Of a stretch of DNA of 21,449 nucleotides, positions 1-7,888 are shown one piece after another. Each line of letters starts with the position of its first letter. Position 1 is the stretch's first letter. A model generated the notes under the pieces. The model saw only the letters and a program-made list of their open reading frames with translations. It made no database searches and was not told the origin of the DNA. This stretch comes from Verrucomicrobiota bacterium. Lineage in GTDB: Bacteria > Verrucomicrobiota > Verrucomicrobiia > Chthoniobacterales > UBA6821. Where the stretch lies: contig WBXG01000028.1 in the NCBI GenBank assembly GCA_008932965.1, positions 1 through 21,449 of the forward strand, read 5' to 3'. Made by a program: the position numbers and the translations under genes.

Positions 1-1
1 A

Positions 2-751
2 CTCCTAGGTCAAATCGTGAATCTTTACGGACGTCATGAAATTCCTAAAAAAAATGGAAAAAGCCCCTTTGTTCAATTGCTTGAAGCACTCCATGAAATC
101 AAAGGGCTAGAGCGTATTCGCTTTACCTCCCCTCACCCCATGGGATTTCGCCGTGATCTTGTGGAGTGTATTGGAAATTTTCCTAAAATCATGGAGCATC
201 TGCATCTCCCATTGCAATCGGGTTCGGACCGTATTCTAAAAGCCATGCATCGTCCATATACCACGGCAACCTATCGTAAGCTTGTAGAAGATTTACGTTC
301 TGCACGCCCTGATATTGCTATTACCACTGATATCATTGTTGGCTTTCCTGGAGAAACGGAAGAGGAGTATCTTCAGACCCGCTCTCTTGCAGAGGAAATA
401 CAATTCGATAATGCCTTTGTTTTTCGCTACTCACCTCGTGGAGATACTCCTGCAGCCACAATGGAAGGGCAACTTTCCGAAGAGATAAAAGAGGCTCGGA
501 ACAAGGATCTTCTTGAAGTCATTAATCAAGCTGCTTTTAAAAAGTTAGAGGCCACCGTTGGAACACTTCAGGAGATTCTTTGTGAAGGCCCTAGCCGGTA
601 TGACTCCAAGCGCCTGACGGGACGAACACGAACCAACAAAATTGTTGTTTTTGAAGGGAGCAAACGTTTTTATCGTGAGATTTTTCAGTTACGTATTACA
701 AGAAGTCATTCCTTCACGCTCTATGGAGATCCTGCTATTAACCAGGAATAA
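2..751 (+). CDS. miaB: tRNA methylthiotransferase MiaB, C-terminal part. The frame is open to the window edge, so the gene is 5' truncated.
   Basis: The frame stays open upstream of the listed start (LLGQIVNLYG, matching the MiaB LLGQNVNSYG region). It has the radical-SAM C-terminal half (RFTSPHP, LHLPLQSGS, TDIIVGFPGETEEE) and a TRAM-like tail (LQEILCEGPS...LTGRT). Confidence 0.8.
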   Translation, partial: LLGQIVNLYGRHEIPKKNGKSPFVQLLEALHEIKGLERIRFTSPHPMGFRRDLVECIGNFPKIMEHLHLPLQSGSDRILKAMHRPYTTATYRKLVEDLRSARPDIAITTDIIVGFPGETEEEYLQTRSLAEEIQFDNAFVFRYSPRGDTPAATMEGQLSEEIKEARNKDLLEVINQAAFKKLEATVGTLQEILCEGPSRYDSKRLTGRTRTNKIVVFEGSKRFYREIFQLRITRSHSFTLYGDPAINQE

Positions 752-775
752 TCATTCACTACTGGTTGTACTCCT

Positions 776-1726
776 ATGAAATTGAGTGAATTTGTATTTA
801 AAAAAAATGCTGCGCTATGGAAGAGCCCTCTATTTTCCCTTCTTCTTTCTCTTCTTCTTTCTCTTCTCTTTCATGGGCTTCTTCTGTTACTTCTCTGTTG
901 TGGGCTTTTTCATTTTCATGCATGGAACTCGTTACAACCCCCTTTGGAAATGCCTCCAGAAGAGTTACCAGAGGTTGTATTAGATCTAACCCCGCCACCT
1001 CCTGAAAAAAGACCAACAATTCAAACAGCCTCGGAGAATCCATTAAAAGAGGCTCCCCATGAGGCCCCTTTTGAATCCCATGAAAATACCGAAGCATCGA
1101 GTGAACTTCCTGCAACGGGAACTCTTCCGCTTCCTTCCCAGGAGGGAGATGAATCTGATTTCAATGAACTCCAAAAAGGAGCATCAACAGCGAGATCCAG
1201 GCCACTTCCTTCTTCGGAACCTCAAGGTGAAAAACAGGAGACTACCAATACTGTAGCAGCAACGGCACTTCCCTCTCCAACCCCTACTCAGGCCACTATA
1301 AAAGACCATCCGGTTATTGGGAAATTATCTCACAATGCAAAAGGAGAGGAATCGGGCTCTCATCCCTCCATGATCCGAGGTGCTATTTCTAACAAAGGGA
1401 AATCCTCCGTTGCCGCAGAAGCAACTCCCATTGGCCGCTATAAAAAAACATTAGCAGATGCGATCAGTTCTCATTGGTACTATTGCATTGATCAGCGAAT
1501 GGAGTTGTTAAGTTTTGGAACAGCAACGCTTTTTTTTTATGTGAATCAGAAGGGAAATATTGAAGAGCTGCACGTGCTCTCTAACACCTCTAATCAAACC
1601 TTTGCTGACTGCTGCCTTCAATCCATTACGGACGCAAAGCTTCCTATCATCCCTCCTGAAATTGCAAAAACGTTGGAAAAAGGCCGTTTAGAAATCGAAT
1701 ACCGCTTCACTATTTATCCAAATTAA
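776..1726 (+). CDS. TonB-like energy-transducer protein: N-terminal TM anchor, Pro/Glu-rich spacer and TonB-C-like domain
   Basis: Leu/Ser-rich TM segment (LLLSLLLSLLFHGLLLLLL), a PPEELPEVVLDLTPPPPEKRP linker, and a C-terminal beta-alpha-beta-like block (YKKTLADAISSHWYY...TLFFYVNQKGNIEELHVL...RLEIEYRFTIY). It lies directly upstream of exbB/exbD homologues. Confidence 0.6.
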   Translation: MKLSEFVFKKNAALWKSPLFSLLLSLLLSLLFHGLLLLLLCCGLFHFHAWNSLQPPLEMPPEELPEVVLDLTPPPPEKRPTIQTASENPLKEAPHEAPFESHENTEASSELPATGTLPLPSQEGDESDFNELQKGASTARSRPLPSSEPQGEKQETTNTVAATALPSPTPTQATIKDHPVIGKLSHNAKGEESGSHPSMIRGAISNKGKSSVAAEATPIGRYKKTLADAISSHWYYCIDQRMELLSFGTATLFFYVNQKGNIEELHVLSNTSNQTFADCCLQSITDAKLPIIPPEIAKTLEKGRLEIEYRFTIYPN

Positions 1727-1830
1727 TTCGGATATTTATAAGGATTGTTGCAAAGCAAGAAGGTCGATTCATTGAGATGACAACCTCTGTTTTTTTTCTT
1801 CTTCTTCCATCTCCAATCTTCTAACTTATC

Positions 1831-2487
1831 TTGAATACCGACATGACTTCTTCAACTCTACCGCCCATGCTTCAGCTTCTCCTCCACGGAGGTCCTTTTG
1901 TAATTCTACTTCTCCTGCTCTCCGTTGCCTCACTCACGATTATTTTTCAACGTGCTTTAGCATTGAGAGGTTCGGAAATTATTCCCTCTGCACTGAAACA
2001 AGCATTACATACGTTTCAACAATCAAGTTCCATCACAACACTGCAGCAAGTCATTGCTCAGATTGATTCTCCATTAAGTAGAATTTTAAAAACATTATTA
2101 GCTCATCGTGACTGGCCTCGGGTAGAAGCACTCGATGCAGTACAGGTTCGGGCCCGCCATGAGATAGCTCGCTTAGAAGAGGGTCTTACTCTCCTGGAAA
2201 TCACCACAGGCATTGCTCCTCTTCTTGGACTTCTTGGAACACTTTCTGGTCTCGTAGGAATTTTTGCTAATCTTGGTGATAAAGGAGATCCTCAAATGGT
2301 AGCATTGGGAATCTCAGAAGCATTGAATTCAACCATTCTAGGTCTTGCAGTGGCTGTCCCAAGCCTTGTAGCTTATCATTTCTTTTCACGCCGTATCGAA
2401 GTCATCGCCATTGACATGGAGGCGTTATCTGCAGAGCTTGTCACAAAACTCTATATCACGCGTGAAATGAATGCAGAGCAATCCTAG
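1831..2487 (+). CDS. exbB: MotA/TolQ/ExbB-family proton channel protein
   Basis: Three predicted TM segments and the family motif region LLEITTGIAPLLGLLGTLSGLVGIF...ISEALNSTILGLAVAVPSLVAY. The start is either the TTG at 1831 or the ATG at 1843. Confidence 0.8.
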   Translation: MNTDMTSSTLPPMLQLLLHGGPFVILLLLLSVASLTIIFQRALALRGSEIIPSALKQALHTFQQSSSITTLQQVIAQIDSPLSRILKTLLAHRDWPRVEALDAVQVRARHEIARLEEGLTLLEITTGIAPLLGLLGTLSGLVGIFANLGDKGDPQMVALGISEALNSTILGLAVAVPSLVAYHFFSRRIEVIAIDMEALSAELVTKLYITREMNAEQS

Positions 2488-2514
2488 CGCTGGCTCCTCC
2501 CTTATTGAAATTCC

Positions 2515-2931
2515 ATGCGCTTCTATACAAAAAAACGACGGATCCCTTCCATTACGATTGTTTCTCTGATCGATATTTTAGCGATCCTATTGATTTTTTT
2601 TATTGTGACCTCCACTTTTAGAAAAAAACTTTCTCAACTTCAGATTAATCTTCCTGAATCAAAATCGGGAAACCAAGTGGACGCCTTAGATCATAAAAAT
2701 ATTCTTCTAGAGGTCCAATCTGAAGAAAAAATGACCCTGGATGGACATCCTGTTACTCCAGCAACACTCGCTGAGGAACTTCAAGAAATTCAGAAAACTA
2801 ATCCAGGATGTATGGTCACAATGCAGGCAGATAAGGGAGCTCCTTTTGGAGCGATTGTTTCAGTGTTGGATGCACTACAAGCAGCAGGCATCAAAAATAT
2901 TCCAACCATGACGCGTACTTCTGCTCCTTAG
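2515..2931 (+). CDS. exbD: ExbD/TolR-family biopolymer transport protein
   Basis: Single N-terminal TM (ITIVSLIDILAILLIFFIV) followed by a periplasmic ExbD-type domain (LQADKGAPFGAIVSVLDALQAAGI). It follows exbB after a 27-nt gap. Confidence 0.8.
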   Translation: MRFYTKKRRIPSITIVSLIDILAILLIFFIVTSTFRKKLSQLQINLPESKSGNQVDALDHKNILLEVQSEEKMTLDGHPVTPATLAEELQEIQKTNPGCMVTMQADKGAPFGAIVSVLDALQAAGIKNIPTMTRTSAP

Positions 2932-2976
2932 AGTAGAGAAAGCTTTATTCTTCACTTTATTTTTATTTTTTTCTTC

Positions 2977-3540
2977 ATGTCGCTTGAACTTGTCTACTAC
3001 GGTCATCCAGCACTTAGAACCAAAGGAAGCACTATCCAAAAAATAGATCACACTGTCGTTACTCTTGTAGAAGAGATGATAGAGACAATGTACCTCTATG
3101 ATGGTTGCGGATTAGCAGCACATCAAGTGGGTCGCTCATTAAGACTGGCAGTCATCGATGTTGCAACAGCTATGAAAGATCGTCCAAGCAAGGCCTGGAA
3201 GGATGGAGTAGTCATTGATATCGAAAGTATCACCCCACTCGTACTCATTAACCCAGAAATTATCCCCCTTGGGAAAAAAACTATTTATGATACTGAGGGA
3301 TGTTTAAGCATCCCTGGTGTTTCGGCCGAAGTAGATCGATCTGCACGTGTCAAAATACGTTATCAATCTCTTGAAGGAAAACTCTTAGAGATCGAAGCTG
3401 AAGGTCTTCTTGCTCGTGCCGCATTGCATGAGGTTGACCATCTTAATGGGATCTTGTTCATTGATTATCTTCCCCAAAAAGAACTAGAAAAACATCATCC
3501 AACTCTCCAAAAGTTACAACAAACACAACGACTACAATGA
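2977..3540 (+). CDS. def: Peptide deformylase
   Basis: All three catalytic motifs are readable: GCGLAAHQVG, EGCLSIPG and HEVDHLNG. Confidence 0.95.
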   Translation: MSLELVYYGHPALRTKGSTIQKIDHTVVTLVEEMIETMYLYDGCGLAAHQVGRSLRLAVIDVATAMKDRPSKAWKDGVVIDIESITPLVLINPEIIPLGKKTIYDTEGCLSIPGVSAEVDRSARVKIRYQSLEGKLLEIEAEGLLARAALHEVDHLNGILFIDYLPQKELEKHHPTLQKLQQTQRLQ

Positions 3541-3749
3541 ATGACCATATCTACAAAAAAATAGAACTTGTTGGTTCCTCCACCAAAAGCATTGAAGATG
3601 CTGTTCAAAATGCTGTAGCCCAAGCTGCAAAAGAATACACACATCTTCGGTGGTTAGAGGTCATAGAGACACGTGCTCACCTAGAAGATGGCAATATTGC
3701 CCATTGGCAAGTCACCGTAAAAATTGGAACAACCTTAAATTTATCCTAA
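3537..3749 (+). CDS. Dodecin-family small flavin-binding protein
   Basis: 70 aa with the typical dodecin pattern (YKKIELVGSS..SIEDAVQNAV...L.W.EV.ETR.H.EDG.IAHWQVTVKIG). Its start overlaps the def stop as ATGA (3537-3540). Confidence 0.75.
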   Translation: MNDHIYKKIELVGSSTKSIEDAVQNAVAQAAKEYTHLRWLEVIETRAHLEDGNIAHWQVTVKIGTTLNLS

Positions 3750-3771
3750 AAGCTTGGATTCAATGTGCTGG

Positions 3772-4869
3772 TTATTTTAAAAGAAGCAACTGCTCGTGGA
3801 GGAACTTTTTGATTGTATCAACTCCCTCACCTAACTCTGCACAAATAGGAATGACCGTGGTCTTTGGAATTTTTTTCTGAAATTCAGTAAGGTTTTTGGG
3901 GGCTGTGGGGCAATCCATTTTATTTGCAATAACACACCAAGGGCGAGCTGCTAACTCAGGATCATAAAGCTCTACCTCATTTCTTAAGACCTGAAGATCT
4001 TTCCATGGTTTGCGTCCTTCAGCACCAGACATATCGAGTACAAACAGCAAAAAGGGACAACGCATGATGTGTCTTAAAAAAGCATGTCCAAGACCACGGT
4101 TATGACTAGCTCCTTCAATGAGTCCAGGAATGTCGGCAACAGTTGTTTGTGTATAATTACCTAAATCGACAACTCCTACTTGAGGATAACGCGTGGTAAA
4201 GGGATAAGAGCCGACTTTAGGATGAGCTGCAGAAAGGGCCCGGAGCAATGTTGATTTTCCGGCATTGGGATATCCTACCAAACCTGCAAAGGCGATGGTA
4301 CGAAGCTCTAAAAGAAACCAACTCTCTTCCCCCTCGGTTCCTTCAGTGAAGCGACGTGGAGCACGATTTCGCGAGCTCTTAAAATGGATGTTTCCTCGAC
4401 CTCCATGTCCTTTGAGACAGAGCACAAATTCCTCTCCTGGCTCTGCTAAATCGGCAACAAGATCCTGAGGATCAGGAGGGGCTAATTTAGAGCGAGGCTC
4501 TGATTTTGGAGCAGAGCTTTCTTCGACTGTTTCGTCTGGTTCTTCCTCAAGAGCAAGTGCAGAGGGGGGGGCCGGAACTCGATAAACCAATGTACCTACA
4601 GGAACCGGGAGAATTAAATCGACTGCTGACTTTCCATGCTTTTGACGACTCGAACCGGGAGCCCCATTTTCAGCCCGTAGTATGGGTTTATAAAATAACG
4701 AAGCGAGTTGTGTTTCATGGACACTAGCTTTCAAAATCACACTTCCACCATCTCCTCCGTCACCACCGTCAGGTCCCCCCTTTGGTATAAACTTCTCTCT
4801 CCGGAAACTAGCACACCCATTTCCTCCCTTGCCAGCTTTTGCATGAATACGAACGCGATCAATGAACAT
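3772..4869 (-). CDS. obg: GTPase Obg (Obg fold plus G domain, no C-terminal OCT/TGS-like domain)
   Basis: N-terminal Gly-rich Obg fold (KAGKGGNGCASFRREKFIPKGGPDGGDGGDGG), G1 GYPNAGKST, G3 DIPGLIEGA and G4 NKMD. Confidence 0.9.
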   Translation of the reverse strand: MFIDRVRIHAKAGKGGNGCASFRREKFIPKGGPDGGDGGDGGSVILKASVHETQLASLFYKPILRAENGAPGSSRQKHGKSAVDLILPVPVGTLVYRVPAPPSALALEEEPDETVEESSAPKSEPRSKLAPPDPQDLVADLAEPGEEFVLCLKGHGGRGNIHFKSSRNRAPRRFTEGTEGEESWFLLELRTIAFAGLVGYPNAGKSTLLRALSAAHPKVGSYPFTTRYPQVGVVDLGNYTQTTVADIPGLIEGASHNRGLGHAFLRHIMRCPFLLFVLDMSGAEGRKPWKDLQVLRNEVELYDPELAARPWCVIANKMDCPTAPKNLTEFQKKIPKTTVIPICAELGEGVDTIKKFLHEQLLLLK

Positions 4870-6076
4870 TTGGAGAGTCTTTCAGAATGTGATCGTAAAG
4901 TCGCTCTGTTTTCTTAGCAATCATTTCCCATGAAAAAAAGTTCTCTGCACGGAGTCGTCCTGCAGCTCCCATGGAGGCTCGTAGAGCTGGGTCACTCATC
5001 AATTGATTTACTCTAGAGGCAAGAGTAAGAGTGAATTTTTCAGGATCCGAAATATCAGAACCTCCCTTTTTCTGATCCAAAGGGACAAGAAATCCTGTGA
5101 CACCATCTACTACTACTTCTTTGATACCACCAACTGCTGAGGCTACCACAGGAACTCCGCAGGCCATAGCCTCCAAATTAATAATTCCAAAAGGTTCATA
5201 AATAGAGGGACAAATAAAAACAGAAGCTCCTGAATAAAGAGCAATGATATCCTGATGCTCTACCATCGTGTTAATCCAAATAATTCCTGGCCGATCTTCT
5301 TGGGCTTGGGCTACCGCATGTTTCATCTCGAGGGCAATTTCTGCCGTATCTGGAGCACCCGCACAAAGAACAATTTGAAAATTAGGATCCATATGCTTAA
5401 TAGCATGAACAAGGTGCACGATCCCTTTCTGTCGTGTAATACGTCCTACAAAAAGAACGTACGGGAGATGAGGATCAATACCATATTTTTCTAAACACCC
5501 CATCTCTTGATTCTTAGAATATTCGTTGAGATCAATACCGTTATGAATCACTGAAATGCGATTCTCTGGAATTTGAAAATGAGTAAGAATATCTCGCTTT
5601 GTTTCTTCCGAAACAGCAATCACTGCATCTGCCATCTCGAGTGCCTGTCTCTCAATCCAACATGAATAATCATAGCCACCTCCCAATTGCTCTCGCTTCC
5701 AAGGGCGCAGGGGCTCTAACGAATGAACGGTAATAACGAGTGGAATACCATACAGCTGTTTTGCCATGATGCCTCCAAGATAGGTGTACCAGGTATGGCA
5801 ATGCACTAAGTTAGCATCGATTCCAACTGCATTAAATTGAATCCCCCTCCAAGCAGCATCAAGTGGGCTCTTGAGCTGTGAAGGAGAGTCTAAAACGAGC
5901 CCTTTCTCAGAAAATCCACGAATAGAAAAATGTTCTTTTTTTTTCTGTTGATCCCCAAAGCAACGCACTTCGACCGAAATCAACTTGGCAAGCTCACGAC
6001 TCAGATAATCGACATGAACGCCGGCACCACCATAAATATGAGGAGGATATTCTTTAGTAAGGATGAGGAGCTTCAT
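4859..6076 (-). CDS. GT4-family glycosyltransferase resembling the actinobacterial-type glycogen synthase / maltose-1-phosphate synthase (GlgA/GlgM-like)
   Basis: N-terminus MKLLILTKEYPPHIYGGAGVHVDYLSRELAKL, and a C-terminal GT-B block (VGRITRQKGI, PSIYEPFGIINLEAMACGVPVVASAVGGIKEVV). It overlaps the obg start by 11 nt. Confidence 0.7.
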   Translation of the reverse strand: MKLLILTKEYPPHIYGGAGVHVDYLSRELAKLISVEVRCFGDQQKKKEHFSIRGFSEKGLVLDSPSQLKSPLDAAWRGIQFNAVGIDANLVHCHTWYTYLGGIMAKQLYGIPLVITVHSLEPLRPWKREQLGGGYDYSCWIERQALEMADAVIAVSEETKRDILTHFQIPENRISVIHNGIDLNEYSKNQEMGCLEKYGIDPHLPYVLFVGRITRQKGIVHLVHAIKHMDPNFQIVLCAGAPDTAEIALEMKHAVAQAQEDRPGIIWINTMVEHQDIIALYSGASVFICPSIYEPFGIINLEAMACGVPVVASAVGGIKEVVVDGVTGFLVPLDQKKGGSDISDPEKFTLTLASRVNQLMSDPALRASMGAAGRLRAENFFSWEMIAKKTERLYDHILKDSPNVH

Positions 6077-6080
6077 GAAA

Positions 6081-6560
6081 CTATTTTCCGTTTGCTAATT
6101 CTACTGGAATCAAAAACTGCAACACACCTGCACCAGCAGCCATTTTTTCTACTTTGATTGCGGTTAACGAAGCTTTAGGAACATTGACATTTTCCGAGTG
6201 AGCCATTCCCAATAGTTTCGCGATGAGATAACTCAAGTCAGGCTCATGTCCAATGAGCATTACCGATTCAAGCATGATGTAGGATTGAAGCTCCTCTATC
6301 GCTACCTCAGGAGTCATTCCTGAAGCGATCCAAGTTAGTTCAAAAAATGGAGGCCCTTCAATTTTTTCTAAAACTGGATGCATTGTCTCCACAGTCCTGC
6401 AGAGTGGGCTTGTAAGAACTACCTGCGGCTTGATCTGAAACTTTTGACAAAATGCTCCCATCTGAGCTGCTTGTGATTTACCATGCACTGTCAAATGTCG
6501 AGCTGAATCATTGTTGCAATGTGGTTCAGCTTCGGCATGTCTGAGAAGATAGAGAATCAT
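6081..6560 (-). CDS. sixA: Phosphohistidine phosphatase SixA-like (histidine phosphatase superfamily)
   Basis: LYLLRHAEAE catalytic RH motif at the N-terminus and GHEPDLS in the C-terminal half. Size about 159 aa. It ends 4 nt upstream of the GT4 gene. Confidence 0.7.
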   Translation of the reverse strand: MILYLLRHAEAEPHCNNDSARHLTVHGKSQAAQMGAFCQKFQIKPQVVLTSPLCRTVETMHPVLEKIEGPPFFELTWIASGMTPEVAIEELQSYIMLESVMLIGHEPDLSYLIAKLLGMAHSENVNVPKASLTAIKVEKMAAGAGVLQFLIPVELANGK

Positions 6561-6635
6561 AAAAAAACTTCGTAAGTACGCAGTCTGCGAAAAGTATATT
6601 TCTTTTTATTCGAAACTCTCCACAACAGCAGACAA

Positions 6636-6684
6636 GTAAAGAGTAATGAGTGACGGGTAATGAGTAATGAGTAATGAGTAATGA
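6636..6684. repeat. Tandem heptanucleotide array of 7 GTAATGA units. The last four are perfect and contiguous, the second is perfect, and the first (GTAAAGA) and third (GTGACGG) are degenerate.
   Basis: Read directly: gtaaaga gtaatga gtgacgg gtaatga gtaatga gtaatga gtaatga. It lies 76-124 nt upstream of the sixA start (minus strand). Confidence 0.9.
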
Positions 6685-6748
6685 GTTTATCTTTTTGCCT
6701 TCGGCAAGTTCAAACTAAAAGAACCTGATCATACTCAATGGAACACAG

Positions 6749-7018
6749 TAACCTGGTTTTATATTTGCTGAGACTGATGAAGAGCAAGAAGTGACGGCGC
6801 GCAGCAACTGAGTGTACATAGGGTACTCGAGGACGCGAGCACCGGCACGATAATACTCTTCGCTCCATCTGCACAAAAACCCCTCTTCAAGTTCGCTGAG
6901 ACTAGTGAAGAACAAGGCGCGAGGAGCACAGAGAGCGAGCGTATAGTAATACGTGAGGGATCGAGCACCACAGCAACGCAGTTATTCGCAGCCTCAGTAG
7001 AACTTGAAGAGGGGTTTA
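6749..7018. mobile_element. Two diverged tandem units of a MITE-like repeat (variant subfamily). The second unit is bounded by a perfect 18-bp inverted repeat.
   Basis: Unit 1 begins TA+ACCTGGTTTTATATTTGC (6749-). Both units open with GCTGAGACT(GA/AG)TGAAGA (6767-, 6895-) and share the internal CGAGCACC and TTCGC blocks. The inverted repeat AAACCCCTCTTCAAGTTC (6877-6894) / GAACTTGAAGAGGGGTTT (7000-7017) is 18/18. The right end overlaps the fabG stop codon (7016-7018). Confidence 0.7.
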
Positions 7019-7762
7019 CATGGACATCCCACCATCGATGGCTAACACCTGACCGGTAATATAGCTTGCAGAAGGGCCTGCAAGGAAGCTAACAGCAGTA
7101 GCAATGTCATCAGGCTGACCAAAGCGGCTTAAAGGAATTTGGGCGATAGCACCTTTACGAATTTCTTCACTCAACACCGAGGTCATATCTGTTTGAATAA
7201 ATCCGGGAGCGACAACATTAACGGTAATACCTCGGCTCGCTACTTCCCGTGCAAGGCTTTTACTAAAACCAATGAGCCCTGCTTTGCTTGCCGCATAGTT
7301 GGTTTGTCCTGCAAGGCCCATGAGACCACTGACAGAGCTAATATTGATGATTCTCCCTGAACGGGCTTTAATCATAGGACGGATGACGGCACGCACACAA
7401 TTGAATGCTCCCTTAAGATTGGCATTAAGAACTTCATCCCAATGTTCTGAGGACATACGCATGAGTAGATTATCACGAGTAATTCCAGCATTATTGACAA
7501 GAATATCGACTCTTCCAAAATCAGCTACGATCTGTTCTCCCACTTTTTGAACCGCTTCAAAATCGGCCACATCGACGGCATAGGCCTTGGCACTTCCAGC
7601 AATCTTTTGATTCAACGCCTCAGCAACCTTGGAAGAGGTCGCTTCACTGCGACTAACAGCAGCGATTTTAGCGCCTTGAAGCGCGAGTTGATAAGCAATG
7701 GCCTCACCGATTCCTCGGCTAGCACCGGTAACAATGGCGACTTGATTTTCTAATAGTTGCAT
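7016..7762 (-). CDS. fabG: 3-oxoacyl-ACP reductase (SDR family)
   Basis: TGASRGIG cofactor motif, NNAG, and the catalytic S...YAASK triad region, with the typical FabG length of 248 aa. Confidence 0.9.
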   Translation of the reverse strand: MQLLENQVAIVTGASRGIGEAIAYQLALQGAKIAAVSRSEATSSKVAEALNQKIAGSAKAYAVDVADFEAVQKVGEQIVADFGRVDILVNNAGITRDNLLMRMSSEHWDEVLNANLKGAFNCVRAVIRPMIKARSGRIINISSVSGLMGLAGQTNYAASKAGLIGFSKSLAREVASRGITVNVVAPGFIQTDMTSVLSEEIRKGAIAQIPLSRFGQPDDIATAVSFLAGPSASYITGQVLAIDGGMSM

Positions 7763-7870
7763 AAAAAATTTAGAGGGTGAAATGAAGCAGAGAAAATACC
7801 TAGTGCTTTTCTCGCTTGCAAGCTATGAGAAAAAACATGGTGTAAATTTTTTGTCTGGTAAGGAAGTACT

Positions 7871-7888
7871 TAGCCCGCATAGTTCACA
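7871..7888 (+). repeat. Solo MITE terminal-repeat copy (TA+GCCCGCATAGTTCACA)
   Basis: Matches the left TIR consensus TA+GCCCGSATATTTCAYACT at 14 of 16 TIR positions. No partner TIR or element body is adjacent. It overlaps the last sense codon and stop codon (7884-7886) of the PP2C gene on the opposite strand. Confidence 0.6.

Noticed and set aside
838-880. CT-rich 12-bp direct repeats (cttcttctttct), plus several overlapping ORFs at 786-1115 in other frames and on the other strand
   Set aside because: The repeat encodes the LLLSLLLSLL transmembrane segment of the TonB-like protein. The alternative-frame ORFs are by-products of the low-complexity pyrimidine tract.
1724-1744. TAATTCGGATATTTATAAGGA immediately after the TonB-like stop codon, which resembles a solo MITE TIR (CGGATATTT.ATA)
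   Set aside because: It matches only about 15 of 21 positions with a gap, and the first three TIR bases differ. It is too degenerate to call without a genome-wide profile. It might be an old remnant.
1758-1799. Weak hairpin (AGGT...ACCT) followed by a T8 run, considered as a terminator between the TonB-like gene and exbB
   Set aside because: The stem is only about 4 bp with an 18-nt loop. The T-run is more likely part of the AT-rich and pyrimidine-rich exbB upstream region.
6695-6707. Small hairpin TTGCC-TTC-GGCAA next to the heptamer array
   Set aside because: The stem is 5 bp with no downstream T-run on either strand in a terminator-like arrangement. I cannot assign a function.
6715-6971. 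Two overlapping minus-strand ORFs (66 and 70 aa) in the sixA-fabG gap
   Set aside because: They lie entirely inside the tandem repeat units, have no recognisable homology and have low-complexity composition. The most economical explanation is repeat DNA.
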